A DNA stretch of 43,420 nucleotides from Acinetobacter phage SH-Ab 15497. Numbering within the stretch: position 1 is the stretch's first letter; the number at the start of each line of letters is the position of its first letter. The translations under genes were made by a program, and so were the position numbers. Where the stretch lies: sequence record MG674163.1; one strand, 5' to 3'. Under the pieces are notes generated by a model, which worked only from the letters and a program-made list of their open reading frames with translations, was not told the origin of the DNA and did no database searches. Of the stretch, positions 9,434 through 20,700 are shown piece after piece.

Positions 9434-10357
9434 ATGTCAGATGGTTCACGCCACAGCATGCATCAGGTATTGGAAACCGTCTACGGCGAAGTACCTGCAA
9501 CACCTGCATTTAAACGAATTCGTCACAACAGCACAACACTGGCTACGGCGATCAACACTTTAACATCAGAAGAGCTTCGACCAGATCGTAACTCTATGGG
9601 CATCAGACACGGGACGCGCCAAGTCGGCGGCGAGATCGTATCCGAGCTTTCATTCGAGTCGCTGGACGACACTCTAGAGGCCTTGATGTGCGGGACTTGG
9701 AACGCCGATGCTTTGGTGAATGGTGTTACCCGTCGTTCGTTCAGCATTTTGCGTCAGTTTAACGATTTAACTAGTGCTTCGTTGCCAAACTTCGTATATG
9801 TCGGGTGTGAATATAACACCATGACTTTATCGATCACAACAGAAGCGATAGTCATGGCGACATTCGGTATCGTAGGTATGAACCAGTTGGAGCCTAGTTC
9901 GACTGTCCCGACTGGCGCTACCTTCGTAGAAGCCCCGACCACAGAGCCGATGGACTCATTCACTGGCCATGTTAAAGAGGGGCTAGCAGACATCGCCGTG
10001 GCAACTGAATTAGAGTTACAAATCGAGAACGGCATCGCTCCGCGTTACGTCATCGGCTCTAAGAAGTCTATCAAACAATCAATTGGGCGATTCAAAGTAT
10101 CAGGTACTTTAACTGCTTATTTTGAAGACGCGACCCTTGTGGGTAAATTCTTGCGTGAAGAAGCATCGTCACTTGAATTCGTAGTGACTGATGGTCTAGC
10201 GGGCAATTCCTACAAGTTCGAACTACCTAAGATCAAATATACTGGTGGTCAACCAGATGTAGGCGGCGAAGGACCGATCACTCTTTCGATGCCGTTTGTA
10301 GCTGAGTATGACCCGACTATCTTAGGCACACTTAAAATCACACGTATCGGAGCATAA
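9434..10357 (+). CDS. Major tail (tube) protein
   Basis: The 307 aa ORF sits immediately upstream of the chaperone pair and the tape measure gene. Confidence 0.6.
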   Translation: MSDGSRHSMHQVLETVYGEVPATPAFKRIRHNSTTLATAINTLTSEELRPDRNSMGIRHGTRQVGGEIVSELSFESLDDTLEALMCGTWNADALVNGVTRRSFSILRQFNDLTSASLPNFVYVGCEYNTMTLSITTEAIVMATFGIVGMNQLEPSSTVPTGATFVEAPTTEPMDSFTGHVKEGLADIAVATELELQIENGIAPRYVIGSKKSIKQSIGRFKVSGTLTAYFEDATLVGKFLREEASSLEFVVTDGLAGNSYKFELPKIKYTGGQPDVGGEGPITLSMPFVAEYDPTILGTLKITRIGA

Positions 10358-10359
10358 CA

Positions 10360-10830
10360 ATGTCAATGGATAAGTTCTTCACACGCGGAAAATCCAACGA
10401 AGGCATCAAACTTCCACTTCCACTGCCTAGCGGCCTACCATCTGGCGACCACCTTGTGATCGTAGGTAAATACTCAGACTTGTATCGTACCAATGAAGCC
10501 GATATGAAGCGACGCGCAGTGGAGATCTGCTCTAAGTACCCCGATGATAAGAAAAAACGCACTCAATTGCTTTTAAGTCTTGAGATCGAATTTCTTGCAT
10601 CATTGGTGCTAGGGTGGTCATTTGAGCAGGAGTTCAACAAAAAGAACATCGAGATGCTCCTACGAGAGGCCCCACAAATCATGGACCTAGTTGATAAGTC
10701 GGTGATGAATAACAGCCTTTTTTTCGGGGAAAGCTCGACGAACTCTTCGAATCCTGCCGAAGAGCCTTCGAGCTTGAAAAAGTCCCAAAAGGATCAAAAA
10801 CCTCAATCAGAAAGCACCTTGAACAAGTAA
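10360..10830 (+). CDS. Tail assembly chaperone, gpG-like
   Basis: The ORF lies between the major tail gene and the tape measure gene and contains a slippery heptamer near its 3' end. Confidence 0.6.
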   Translation: MSMDKFFTRGKSNEGIKLPLPLPSGLPSGDHLVIVGKYSDLYRTNEADMKRRAVEICSKYPDDKKKRTQLLLSLEIEFLASLVLGWSFEQEFNKKNIEMLLREAPQIMDLVDKSVMNNSLFFGESSTNSSNPAEEPSSLKKSQKDQKPQSESTLNK

Positions 10831-11054
10831 AGAAACAAACAGGCAATACCCCGCAGCAATTGCGGGATTTGCCTCCACCGCCCGAAGAACTAGACCACAT
10901 CTTGGATTGGTACTATCAAGTGGCAGGAACAAGTCGGTTAACATGGGTAGAGTTGCAGGCGTGGTCCGATATAACTAAGACGTTGCTAAAGCCTTATGAG
11001 GCTGAGGCTATAATGGCTATAGATAGGATATACTGGAGCGTCATAAATGGCTGA
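10360..11054 (+). CDS. Tail assembly chaperone frameshift product, gpGT-like, via -1 ribosomal frameshift
   Basis: The heptamer T_TTT_TTC at 10719..10725 is in the 0 frame. The -1 frame is open from the slip site through ORF 10860..11054 to a stop that overlaps the tape measure start. Confidence 0.5.
10719..10725 (+). other. Programmed -1 frameshift slippery site, T_TTT_TTC
   Basis: This is an X_XXY_YYZ heptamer in the correct frame of the gpG-like ORF. It is the position conserved for this recoding event across long-tailed phages. Confidence 0.5.
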
Positions 11055-13629
11055 TATGGCTGACTTGGTAATTAGGTTCTCCGAAAGGGGGGCCTCATCT
11101 GTATTAAATCAAATCGATCAAGTATCGACTAGCGGTTCCAGAGCAACCGCTGTCCTTAAGGGGGCGGCTGTCGCTGGGGCTGTATTCGGTGCGGCGATCG
11201 CTGGAATTGGGTATGCTACTACTCAAATCAAAGACGCCACTGTAAAATTCGAGTCACTTCAAGCAGGTATTCAAACTGCTGTAGGCTCCGCAGAAGAAGC
11301 GCAAACAGTATTTAAAATCCTTCAAGATTTCGCCGCTAAAACTCCTTATGATGTGGAGCAGGTAACAACTGCGTTCACTCAGTTGGTTAACTACGGCCTA
11401 ACTCCGTCTGAAAGGGCGTTAAAATCATACGGTAACACCGCCGCTGCAATGCGCAAAGACATGAGCCAGATGGTTGAGGCGGTTGCCGATGCCGTCACTG
11501 GTGAATTTGAAAGGTTGAAAGAATTCGGTATCAAATCGAAGGTAGAAGGGGACAACGTAAAGTTCACATTCCGTGGCGTAACCACATCTGTGAAGAACGA
11601 TGCCGAATCAATCGAAGGTTATTTAATTAAACTGGGCGAGACGAACTTCGGCGACGCCATGGAAAACCAAGCCAAGACACTAGGCGGGCGTATCGATGCC
11701 TTGCAGTCTTCTTGGGAAAATATGTGGTATGAAGTTGGTCAAATGGGCCTAGGTGACGCAATCGGCGACGGCGTCCAGTCGGCCACAGAAGGTATCGAGA
11801 CGATCACTGGAATGTTGCAGTCGGGCGAGATCGAGGCATATCTAGATATCATCGGGGCGTATTTCGGCAGCACATTCGATACGGTGAGCGAGGGGGCCGC
11901 AGCGATCACCTCATGGATGAGTGATCTTTGGGCCAAACACGGTGATTCCGTGATGGGAGTTATCGGATACATTGCCGATGCTTGGATGTCCCTGCCTATG
12001 ACAATTAGGTATTGGGTATCTAGAGCAACTATCGTTGTAGCGTCGTTTGTGGAGAAAATGGTCGCATACGGCAACGTGATTCGCCAAGCCTTGAACCCGT
12101 TCGATGATGTGTCAATCAAGCAATCGAAGATCAACCTTGACACAACCCTAGCGGGAATCAAACGAGTGGACGAGGCTTCGATCAAGTCCATCAATGATCA
12201 ATATGCGGCCAACAGGAAACAGGTAGAAACCGCTCTTTCAAATGCACGCAAATTAACTGCAGAGAGACTTAGCGGAAATAAAAAAGTTGCCAAAGCGGAA
12301 GGGGATAGGCTAGCCCAATACGCGATCAAAGGCAAAAACAATAAAGACAAAGACGATGATAAGAAAGGAGGCTCTGGGGGCAAGAAGGGCGGCGGTTCAG
12401 GCAAATCAGCAGCTGATAAAGCCAAGCGCGAGGCCGATAAGGCAGCCCGTGAAGCAGAGCGTGCGGAGGAAAGGGCGTTACAGGAGTTCCAAAGGCTGAA
12501 AGAGTCCCTAGAAACTGGGACCGAAACGGCGGCACGCGAACAGAAAGAGCGCAATGCGATCATCATGAAGTCCACGAAAGAGGGCAGCGCGGAGCGTACG
12601 GAGCTTTTACGCCGTTCCGAGGAAAAATTTGCAGATGATATGCATTCCCTCAGGACTACTGGGGAACTTGCTAACCTCAAGAAGTCGATGGCTAAAGAAG
12701 AGGACATCATCAAAGAGTCATATGAAGAGCGTAATCGTATCATTAATAGATATGCCCCTGACTCTGAGAAGGGCGGCCTAATAGATAAGTCCAAGGAAGT
12801 CTATGAGCGAGAACAACAAGAACTGAAAGATCGACGAGAACAGGCACGCCAATCATTAATGGAAGGCCTAATCTCAGAGGAGGCAGAGATAATCGCATCA
12901 TACGACAGACGTCGTCAGGCGATTCTTTCTGCTACTGAACTTACAGAGGAAGAGAAGGCAGATCTTGTTAAGAAGTTGGGTGAAAAACATAAGCAGAACT
13001 TAGATATATTGATGATCGAGCAGATCGACGCCGTTACTTCAAACATGGCCAGTAGTCTAGGTGTAATGACCGACATGCTGTCAGATGCGGGTAAAGAATC
13101 TAATTTCTTGTACAAAGCAATGATCATGGCTCAAAAGGCCGCAGCAATCCCGCAAATCATGATTTCCACAGAAGTGGGTGCAGCTAAGGCACTGGAATTA
13201 GGTCCTATTGCAGGTCCTATTGCGTCTGGTGCAATCCGTGCCTTGGGTTACGCGGCGATGGGCACAGTAGCAGGTCAAGCCATCGCGGGCCTATTTGACC
13301 AAGGCGGGATGATTCCTTCGGGTAAATACGGTATCGTAGGTGAGCGTGGTCCCGAATTAGTGAAAGGGCCTACTATTGTGACTTCTAGGCAACAGACTGC
13401 TAGTCAGTTGAAGTCTGGAGGAGGCGGTAGCACTCAATTAAACCTTACAGTGCATAATAATGCGCCAGTCAAGGTGGAAACTACAACAAGCAAAAACGGC
13501 GACATCGAAATGGTGATCAATGAAGTGGTTGCCCGTGCCGAGAAAGCAATCGCGGGAGGCATATCACGAGGAGAAGGTGATGTGACCAAAGCAATGCAAG
13601 GTTCATACGGACTTAAGAGAGGTGGATAA
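11047..13629 (+). CDS. Tail tape measure protein
   Basis: The 860 aa protein is long and alpha-helical/coiled-coil with Gly-rich segments, and sits directly after the chaperone pair. Confidence 0.85.
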   Translation: MADMADLVIRFSERGASSVLNQIDQVSTSGSRATAVLKGAAVAGAVFGAAIAGIGYATTQIKDATVKFESLQAGIQTAVGSAEEAQTVFKILQDFAAKTPYDVEQVTTAFTQLVNYGLTPSERALKSYGNTAAAMRKDMSQMVEAVADAVTGEFERLKEFGIKSKVEGDNVKFTFRGVTTSVKNDAESIEGYLIKLGETNFGDAMENQAKTLGGRIDALQSSWENMWYEVGQMGLGDAIGDGVQSATEGIETITGMLQSGEIEAYLDIIGAYFGSTFDTVSEGAAAITSWMSDLWAKHGDSVMGVIGYIADAWMSLPMTIRYWVSRATIVVASFVEKMVAYGNVIRQALNPFDDVSIKQSKINLDTTLAGIKRVDEASIKSINDQYAANRKQVETALSNARKLTAERLSGNKKVAKAEGDRLAQYAIKGKNNKDKDDDKKGGSGGKKGGGSGKSAADKAKREADKAAREAERAEERALQEFQRLKESLETGTETAAREQKERNAIIMKSTKEGSAERTELLRRSEEKFADDMHSLRTTGELANLKKSMAKEEDIIKESYEERNRIINRYAPDSEKGGLIDKSKEVYEREQQELKDRREQARQSLMEGLISEEAEIIASYDRRRQAILSATELTEEEKADLVKKLGEKHKQNLDILMIEQIDAVTSNMASSLGVMTDMLSDAGKESNFLYKAMIMAQKAAAIPQIMISTEVGAAKALELGPIAGPIASGAIRALGYAAMGTVAGQAIAGLFDQGGMIPSGKYGIVGERGPELVKGPTIVTSRQQTASQLKSGGGGSTQLNLTVHNNAPVKVETTTSKNGDIEMVINEVVARAEKAIAGGISRGEGDVTKAMQGSYGLKRGG

Positions 13630-14099
13630 TGGCAGAAAATTATATATCTTATCCTGATTTTCTACCCGCGCCATCGGAGAATTTCAGCGGAACCCTGTCG
13701 ACCCCGACCCAAACCACTCAATTTACTAGCGGTAAAATCAGACGCAGGAAAATTGGTAGGACATCGGTAAAGCGGGTTTCTCTGGAGTGGTTTTTCACTC
13801 CAGATGAGTACGACATGTTTGAAGTGTTTTATAACGATACCTTGAACGCGGGCTGTGACAAATTTGAAATACAAATGTGTAGTGGGGGTGATTTACAGAC
13901 TGGTCCGCATGTGGTACAATTTGTGGGGGATCCGAGTTTCAATCATGAAGAGTGCAATTGGAGGGTTACTGCGGATTGTATCATTTACCCTTATCCTAAG
14001 GGCGAAGACGGTCTATTACTTCCGTATTATTTAGGTGGGCCAGTGGAAGACTTCTTAGAGATCATGAACATCTATTATGACAGGAATTATATACAATGA
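13629..14099 (+). CDS. Minor tail protein, lambda gpM-like
   Basis: It lies immediately after the tape measure gene. The spacing pattern of conserved residues (..SGKIRRRKIGRTSVKRVSLEWFFTPDEYDMFEVFYNDTLNAGCDKF) resembles the gpM family. Confidence 0.45.
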   Translation: MAENYISYPDFLPAPSENFSGTLSTPTQTTQFTSGKIRRRKIGRTSVKRVSLEWFFTPDEYDMFEVFYNDTLNAGCDKFEIQMCSGGDLQTGPHVVQFVGDPSFNHEECNWRVTADCIIYPYPKGEDGLLLPYYLGGPVEDFLEIMNIYYDRNYIQ

Positions 14100-16075
14100 G
14101 CAGTTCACAACTAGCCGAAGAATTTAAGGCCCTGTTGATTGCCCTCAACACGATCATGTTGGGGGACGAAACGCAGGATATGGAATATAATGGCGTGATC
14201 AAGCCCACTTGGTCCAAATGGCTGTATCAGAACCGCGTCATGATTACCAACAAAGCTGACCAAGCATACGTGGACAGCTTGGCCGCAGCTTGGTCAGGCG
14301 GTTATTTCAAATCATATCCAGACTTGACTACAGCCAATGCTGATATTGCCAACATTCCGCTAAATGTATCCGTCAAGGTTTTATCTGAGCAAGACGGCGG
14401 TGAGTGGTATAAATCCACAGCAGGTGCTACTCAACTTAGCAAGTCGCCTTTTGACCCTTTACGATTGGCCAAAATTTACGCGGATACCGTAGCGGCAGCA
14501 TCGATGCGTTACTCAGAAACCCTTTTCAATGTGGTAAGTGATGGTGTTATTGGTTTGGCTAAGGGCGAACATAGTACAATCATCCCTATATTGACGGACG
14601 GTGAAGGTAAAGCCCTAGCATATTATGACACCGAAGACGAGACATTCAAAGCGGGCGGCCTTCTAGAGTCTATCTTCAATCGCCTAATCGGGTTTAAACT
14701 ACATGAAGATCCGCGTTACTTAGCTTTGCTCACAGACGAGAGCGGTAAAATTTTGATCGGATGGGACAAGCTCAAAGATGAAATGATTGGTGGTTCGGGT
14801 GGCGGGTCGTCTTTTGCCAGCGGCTCAAATTATGTACCATATAAGTATAACACCCGTGCCGTGGAGGCGCAGAAAAACCACGTACTGAGTTACGGCCAGT
14901 CTTTATCGGTAGGTGCCCAAGGAATCCCAGTGATAACTACGTCGCAACCTTATTCGAATGAGACGTTCGGGTTTGTAATGAATGGCATCACATACTCATC
15001 TCCCCGTATGGACGTTGCTGCCACTTTGGTTAGACCTTTATTCGAGGTTCAATATTCACCGTCATCGGATGGATATAATAATAACAGCCGCGGTGAAACC
15101 CATTGTTCAGGCATGGCCAATTACTCGTCTTATCATATGGCGGTGAATTACGGCCGTGACCCAAGTAGCCATGTGATTTTCGCATCGACGGCGGGCCACG
15201 GCGGCTACCGTATTGACCAACTCAAAAAGGGGTCGGCATGGTACAGTGTCCTGATGAACCACGTCACCAAGGGCAAGGAACTGAATGTCGGGTTCACATA
15301 TGCAGTTCAAGCGATCCCTTGGCAGCAAGGCGAAAACAACGCCTTTAGCAGCGGGGTTCAGACCCCGTACGCTGAGTATAAACCTGAGTTAATCCAGCTT
15401 CAATCAGATGCTGAGAACGACATCAAGGCGATCACTGGCCAAACTGGTATCATACCATTCATCACATACCAAATGTCATATGCGGCACGTACTTGGCCAG
15501 ACATTGCGAAAGTTCAACTGGATTTAGTGCGTGAAAACGATCGCTTTATGCTGTCGACCCCCATGTATCATTTACCATACGCAAATGATAATATCCACCT
15601 GAACGCGATAGGCTATAAATGGCTAGGGGCATACATTGCTAGGGCATATAATCAATATATGTTTGAGGGACGTAAATCAGATTTCATAAACCCTAAGCAC
15701 GCATACATCGACGGCAACCGCCTACGGGTGAAATTCGATGTTCCTGCTATGCCTCTAGTATTAGATGAAGATACACTGGCCAAGACTGTGGATTATGGCT
15801 TCGTGGTGAAGGACGGCAGCAACAAAATGACCATCGTGTCGATCATGGCTGACGGGGATGAGGTAATAATTGACCTGAACACCACACCTACTGGGGCAGT
15901 CACAGTTCGGTACGCTATGGATAACTTGGCGGCGGGGGTGTCAATCACTGGCGGTGCTAGCGGGAACCTTCGCGACTCAACCACAGACACGACAGTGATA
16001 GCAAATAATGTATATCCATTATACCATGTTTGCCCTCATTTTGAATTACCAGTTACAGTGTTAAAAGGAATCTAA
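14096..16075 (+). CDS. Tail fiber/tailspike-like protein with a C-terminal SASA/SGNH carbohydrate esterase domain
   Basis: A Gly/Ser linker (GGSGGGSSFASGS) separates the N-terminal part from a domain with a GQSLSVG block-I motif and a DNIHLNAIGYKWLG block-V motif, as in sialate-O-acetylesterase-like SGNH hydrolases. Confidence 0.55.
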   Translation: MSSSQLAEEFKALLIALNTIMLGDETQDMEYNGVIKPTWSKWLYQNRVMITNKADQAYVDSLAAAWSGGYFKSYPDLTTANADIANIPLNVSVKVLSEQDGGEWYKSTAGATQLSKSPFDPLRLAKIYADTVAAASMRYSETLFNVVSDGVIGLAKGEHSTIIPILTDGEGKALAYYDTEDETFKAGGLLESIFNRLIGFKLHEDPRYLALLTDESGKILIGWDKLKDEMIGGSGGGSSFASGSNYVPYKYNTRAVEAQKNHVLSYGQSLSVGAQGIPVITTSQPYSNETFGFVMNGITYSSPRMDVAATLVRPLFEVQYSPSSDGYNNNSRGETHCSGMANYSSYHMAVNYGRDPSSHVIFASTAGHGGYRIDQLKKGSAWYSVLMNHVTKGKELNVGFTYAVQAIPWQQGENNAFSSGVQTPYAEYKPELIQLQSDAENDIKAITGQTGIIPFITYQMSYAARTWPDIAKVQLDLVRENDRFMLSTPMYHLPYANDNIHLNAIGYKWLGAYIARAYNQYMFEGRKSDFINPKHAYIDGNRLRVKFDVPAMPLVLDEDTLAKTVDYGFVVKDGSNKMTIVSIMADGDEVIIDLNTTPTGAVTVRYAMDNLAAGVSITGGASGNLRDSTTDTTVIANNVYPLYHVCPHFELPVTVLKGI

Positions 16076-16076
16076 G

Positions 16077-16817
16077 ATGAAAAACGTATTTATCGAGGCA
16101 AAAGGGTTTATTTCTCAACGCAATCTCCCAGTCGTAAGCCGAGTGGAACCGATTATTCCTGAATTGTCTTATGAGGCAACCGCATACGGCCACTGGGTGT
16201 TCGATAATTCAGGGACCCAACTGACTAGTAAAGTGGGTTCTAAGGTACTGACTGTTCAAGCGGGGGCTACGATTCAGCCTGAATATGGACCAAACTACGT
16301 CGACCTTGCATGTAAGAACGGCAACGCTTTGATGACCGACCTACTAGACAATGCGGCACAATTCACAATGATGGGTGTCATCCATCCACGTGCTACTGCT
16401 CTTGATGTGTCGATGGGCACTATGAGTTCAGGGACTGGGGCCAATGGTGCAGGCTACTTCACTTCGGCAGGTGTACCGTATATCACAATACGAACAAATC
16501 CCGCATCACTGGCGGTAGGTGGGTCTATTCCTTCTGACTCACCATTGTTTGTGGCCCTTTCCGTGGATGTTCCTACTAACACTTATGTGGCTCTAGTCGG
16601 TATCCAAGGTCAAGTGTATTCTAAAACTGGCACAATGACTTGGTCTAAGTCTGATACGGCGATCGCTCTAGGTAATTCCCGTTATGTATCCACTAATACG
16701 GCTAAAATGCGGGCATACGAATTCGCAGTGTTCAATAAATCGTGCACCTTGGAAGAGTTGACCAATATGGAGTATCGCGCCCGTCAGCGCTGTCAATTAC
16801 GAGGCATTACGTATTAA
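16077..16817 (+). CDS. Tail fiber-associated protein (hypothetical)
   Basis: The 246 aa protein is Gly/Ser/Thr-rich and beta-like and lies between the esterase tail protein and the gpL-like gene. Confidence 0.4.
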   Translation: MKNVFIEAKGFISQRNLPVVSRVEPIIPELSYEATAYGHWVFDNSGTQLTSKVGSKVLTVQAGATIQPEYGPNYVDLACKNGNALMTDLLDNAAQFTMMGVIHPRATALDVSMGTMSSGTGANGAGYFTSAGVPYITIRTNPASLAVGGSIPSDSPLFVALSVDVPTNTYVALVGIQGQVYSKTGTMTWSKSDTAIALGNSRYVSTNTAKMRAYEFAVFNKSCTLEELTNMEYRARQRCQLRGITY

Positions 16818-16818
16818 T

Positions 16819-17316
16819 ATGGCCAACGGTTACTCTGACGCGATCAAAGAAGCCTACTCGATCTGTCCATCGGGGGATACCTTGGTGGACACTTTGGAAA
16901 TCAGGCATCCAGATAAGGAATCCGTGTTCATCGTACGCGACCAGATCGACTTTATCGCGGCCCTTGAAGATGGTACAATGGTGAGTTTTCAGCCTCTGGC
17001 CTTTGACTTCAAATTGCCGAAGTCGTCGGACACTGGAGCACAGTCTTTGGACGTGGCGATCGACAATACAAACAATCATGTGGCCGAGTATTTGGAGTCG
17101 GTACGAGGGAGTTTGAAACCAGTGACTCTAGTCTACCGACCATATTTGCTGGCAGATTTATCCAAACCCCAAATGTCCCCTCCATTGACTTTGACTTTAA
17201 CGAGTGCTTTAATAACTACAGCACAAGTTTCAGGCAGAGCCACCTATGCGGACATCGTCAACAAAAGATTCCCAAACGACTATTACACACCGAGACGATT
17301 CAAAAATCTACGCTGA
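16819..17316 (+). CDS. Minor tail protein, lambda gpL-like
   Basis: The N-terminal conservation pattern resembles lambda gpL, and the gene lies directly upstream of the K-like gene. Confidence 0.45.
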   Translation: MANGYSDAIKEAYSICPSGDTLVDTLEIRHPDKESVFIVRDQIDFIAALEDGTMVSFQPLAFDFKLPKSSDTGAQSLDVAIDNTNNHVAEYLESVRGSLKPVTLVYRPYLLADLSKPQMSPPLTLTLTSALITTAQVSGRATYADIVNKRFPNDYYTPRRFKNLR

Positions 17317-17728
17317 TGAGATCGTCAAAAGACTGGGGGTCCCTTGGGTGGCCCTAGGTCGCGGTCCCGATGGTTTCGACTGTTGGGGCTTTGTCATATC
17401 AGTATGGAGAGCACTTGGATGGGCCTCTGCCCCCGATTTCCCATACGGTTCCGACTTCTCGGAACGACGTAACGCCCTAGTCTCCATAGTGGAAGAGAAA
17501 AAGGTGCACGACAATAAGTGGATCCCGATAGATCGACCATTAAATTTATGCCTTTGCGTGATGTTCAAATATGGCCACGCATACCATGTGGGGATCCACG
17601 TGGATGGAGTGGTGTTCCATTGCGTTGAACATAAAGGTGTATTGGGGACAACAATCGCCAAGACCAAAACACTTGGATATGAAAAAATCGAATTCTATGA
17701 TAATGAGGACATGCCGTGGCTCTCGTAA
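17246..17728 (+). CDS. Tail assembly protein K-like, NlpC/P60 fold
   Basis: It has the Cys motif GFDCWGFV and His motifs YHVGIH and FHCVEH. It overlaps the upstream ORF by about 70 nt, so the start is uncertain. Confidence 0.55.
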   Translation: MRTSSTKDSQTTITHRDDSKIYADEIVKRLGVPWVALGRGPDGFDCWGFVISVWRALGWASAPDFPYGSDFSERRNALVSIVEEKKVHDNKWIPIDRPLNLCLCVMFKYGHAYHVGIHVDGVVFHCVEHKGVLGTTIAKTKTLGYEKIEFYDNEDMPWLS

Positions 17729-20700
17729 GAATTGTTAAAAATCCTATTCAACCCTTCAATGTGGAGGAAAGGATTGTTAAAGACGGCCAGACCATTAGAT
17801 CGGCCCTCAAGGAACTGTATACAGAAAGCTTTGTTGAGTTTACTGCCCCTACCATCATCACAGTGAATGGGCGCAGTATGATGCGGGATCAGTGGGACAT
17901 CGTGGTTCTGAATGAATCAGACGTAATGGGGGTCGTCACTATGTCGGCCGAACCTATTACTATCTTTTTTGCAGTGGTGGCGGTGATTTCCCTTGGTATC
18001 AGCTTATATACAATGAGCCAAATGCGAAATATGAATGGGTTTGACGCCCCCGCCCCAGACCCGACGTACAGTTTAAGTGGGCAAAAGAATGATTTCAGGT
18101 TAATGGAGCCTATCGAGGTTAACTACGGCAGGAACCGTGTATGGTGTACCTATGCTGCGAAGCCATTTAATCGATTCATCAGTAATGATCAATGGTTGTA
18201 TCAGTTGTTTTGCATTGGTCAAGGTGAGTATCAAATCAACCAACTGTTCATTGAAGATACCGTGATTTCAAATTACCAAGATGTGGAATATGAAATCATA
18301 CCGCCCAACCAAAAAGTTACTTTGATCGAAACAAACGTTGAAACATCGCCAGAAGTGAGGGACATAGAGTTATTCGGTCCAAATGAAGAGGATTACACAG
18401 TAGCAGGACCATTCACTGTGGTGTCCCCCAATAGGCGCACGAAGAAAATCGAAATAGACCTGACTCTCCCTAGTGGCCTATACTATACTGGTGACAAAGG
18501 GCTAGAATCACGGACGGTCAACGCTGAATTTGAATACAGAGCCATAGACGATACTGATACACCTATAGGTGACTGGCAGGTATTATTCACATGGACTCAA
18601 ACATGGGCCACTACTACCCCACAAAGGTTTACAATAATAACTGATGTGCCTGAGGGACGTTATCAGGTCAGGGGCAAAAGGACGAATGACAAAGATTCAT
18701 CATATCGAGCGGGAAACACACTCAAGTGGGATTCGGCCCGATCTATCATCCCTGATGATTCAACATATGGAAATGTAACCCTTCTGGCGGTTAAGGCCAA
18801 AGCCACAAACAACTTAAATAATGAATCTTCTGCCCGCGTCAACGTCGACTGCACTAGGCTCCTTAAAACCCGCTCCAATGGTGTTTGGTCTGGATTGGTC
18901 CCGACTAGATCGATCGCATGGGCGTTTTATGATATTGTTACAAATCCTATATACGGAGCCGCCCTTCCTGAGGAATATGTCGACATAGATGAATTGGAAA
19001 GATTAGATGGCGAATTGTCTGCAGAGGGCAGATTTTTCGACGGGATACTCAGAAATAAAACCACTGTATGGGATGCTCTGAACACAGTAGCAAAAATCGC
19101 TAGGGCTAGAGCGACGATAAACGGCACAATGATCACCATGGTGAGGGATAAGCCGAAAACCATCCCACAAGGCGTATTTACTGTTGACAACATCGTGGAA
19201 GGGTCGTTTGAGTGGGAAATTTCGATGTGGGATCCTACAGAGGCCGATTCTGTGGAAGTGACGTATGTTGACCCTATAACATATTTGCAAGAGTCGATGA
19301 ACTGTAAAGTGGTCGAATCAGATGGACTTAATCCAGAGAAAGTTGATTTGGTCGGATGCACGGACAGGAACATCGCCTATAGGGACGGCATGTATATCGC
19401 CATGTGCAAAATGTATAAACGCGAGGCAATTAAATTCAAAACTGGCCTTGAGGGAATATTGCCTATGTACGGTGACTTGATCGCTGTACAGTACCCCATC
19501 CCGTCATTCGGACAATCCTCCGTTATATATGAAATGTATGATAACCTAATCATACTGGAAGATGAAATGGTATGGACCGCATCACAACAGCATTTCGTGA
19601 TGATAAGGGGTGATAATGGCGTAGGGTATGGTCCTTACCCAGTAACAAGGGGCACTAGTGATGATATGTTAGTGTTGCCTGCTCCAATAGACATCAACTT
19701 AAGGGACGGAAACAGGGAGCCGCCAATAGTATCATTCGGAGGATCCACGACATTTGCTAGGTTATGTATAGTAGAGGAGATCGCGCCAGAGGGAGGCGAA
19801 TTGGTACAAGTAAGCTGCACCAACTATGACCCTATCGTATTTTCTCACGATAATGACATGGCCCCGCCGATAGAGTTAGATGATGTACAACCGTTGCCAG
19901 ATATACCAGTAGTGCGGAACTTGAACGTCGTAAAAATCCCAGAAATGCCAGACACTATTAGCGTGTCTTGGGACCCAGCTCTAGGGGCCACCTCTTATTT
20001 ACTGGAGAAATCCCAAGACGGCGAAAACTGGTCTACCGTAGCCAATATCAACACAACGTCTTGGCAGTTGCAAGTGTTTAAAGGCATGTTGTATCTGAGA
20101 GTTTCTGGAATAGGAGCGGGTCGGGGTCCTTGGACAAACTGGTCTGGGGAGGTGGGGGATGCTATGGGTGTACCTCAGTCTGTAGGCGAAATAGGTGTAG
20201 TGCAGGATTTCAAAGGGACTGGGTTCACCATTGACTGGAACAGCGTAATTATAGCAGATAAATACAAGATAGAGGTATATGAGGGGTTAGGCAGTACACT
20301 AGCTAGGCAGATAACTACGACCACGCCGTCGTTCACATACAACTATGAAATGGCCAAGACCGACAACAAAGTGGCCAGACAATATGTAGTACGTGTATTT
20401 GCAGTGAATGGTTATGGTGAATCGCCATCATCGTCTATCCTGATGACAAACCCAGTGCCGTTGGCCCCTATAGATGTAACCCACGCATTAACATCGACAG
20501 AACCAACTTATAAAGTGTATCGTATAAGTTGGTCGTATCCTAACCCTCCGTCGGATTTAGCGGGATATAAAGTATACATTTCGGATACAAGCGGATTCAC
20601 TCCATCTGAGTCCAATCTAGAGTTTGATGGTGTTTCTTTGGGTGTTTCGCATCCGATCAACACCGATTCCAATGGTAAACACCCAGCCAAATATTACAGG

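Noticed and set aside
20441-20470. CTGATGA hammerhead-core-like heptamers inside the tail fiber CDS, here and at 18753
   Set aside because: There is no helix II followed by GAAA, no helix III, and no GUC cleavage triplet in the required arrangement. These are chance matches within coding sequence.
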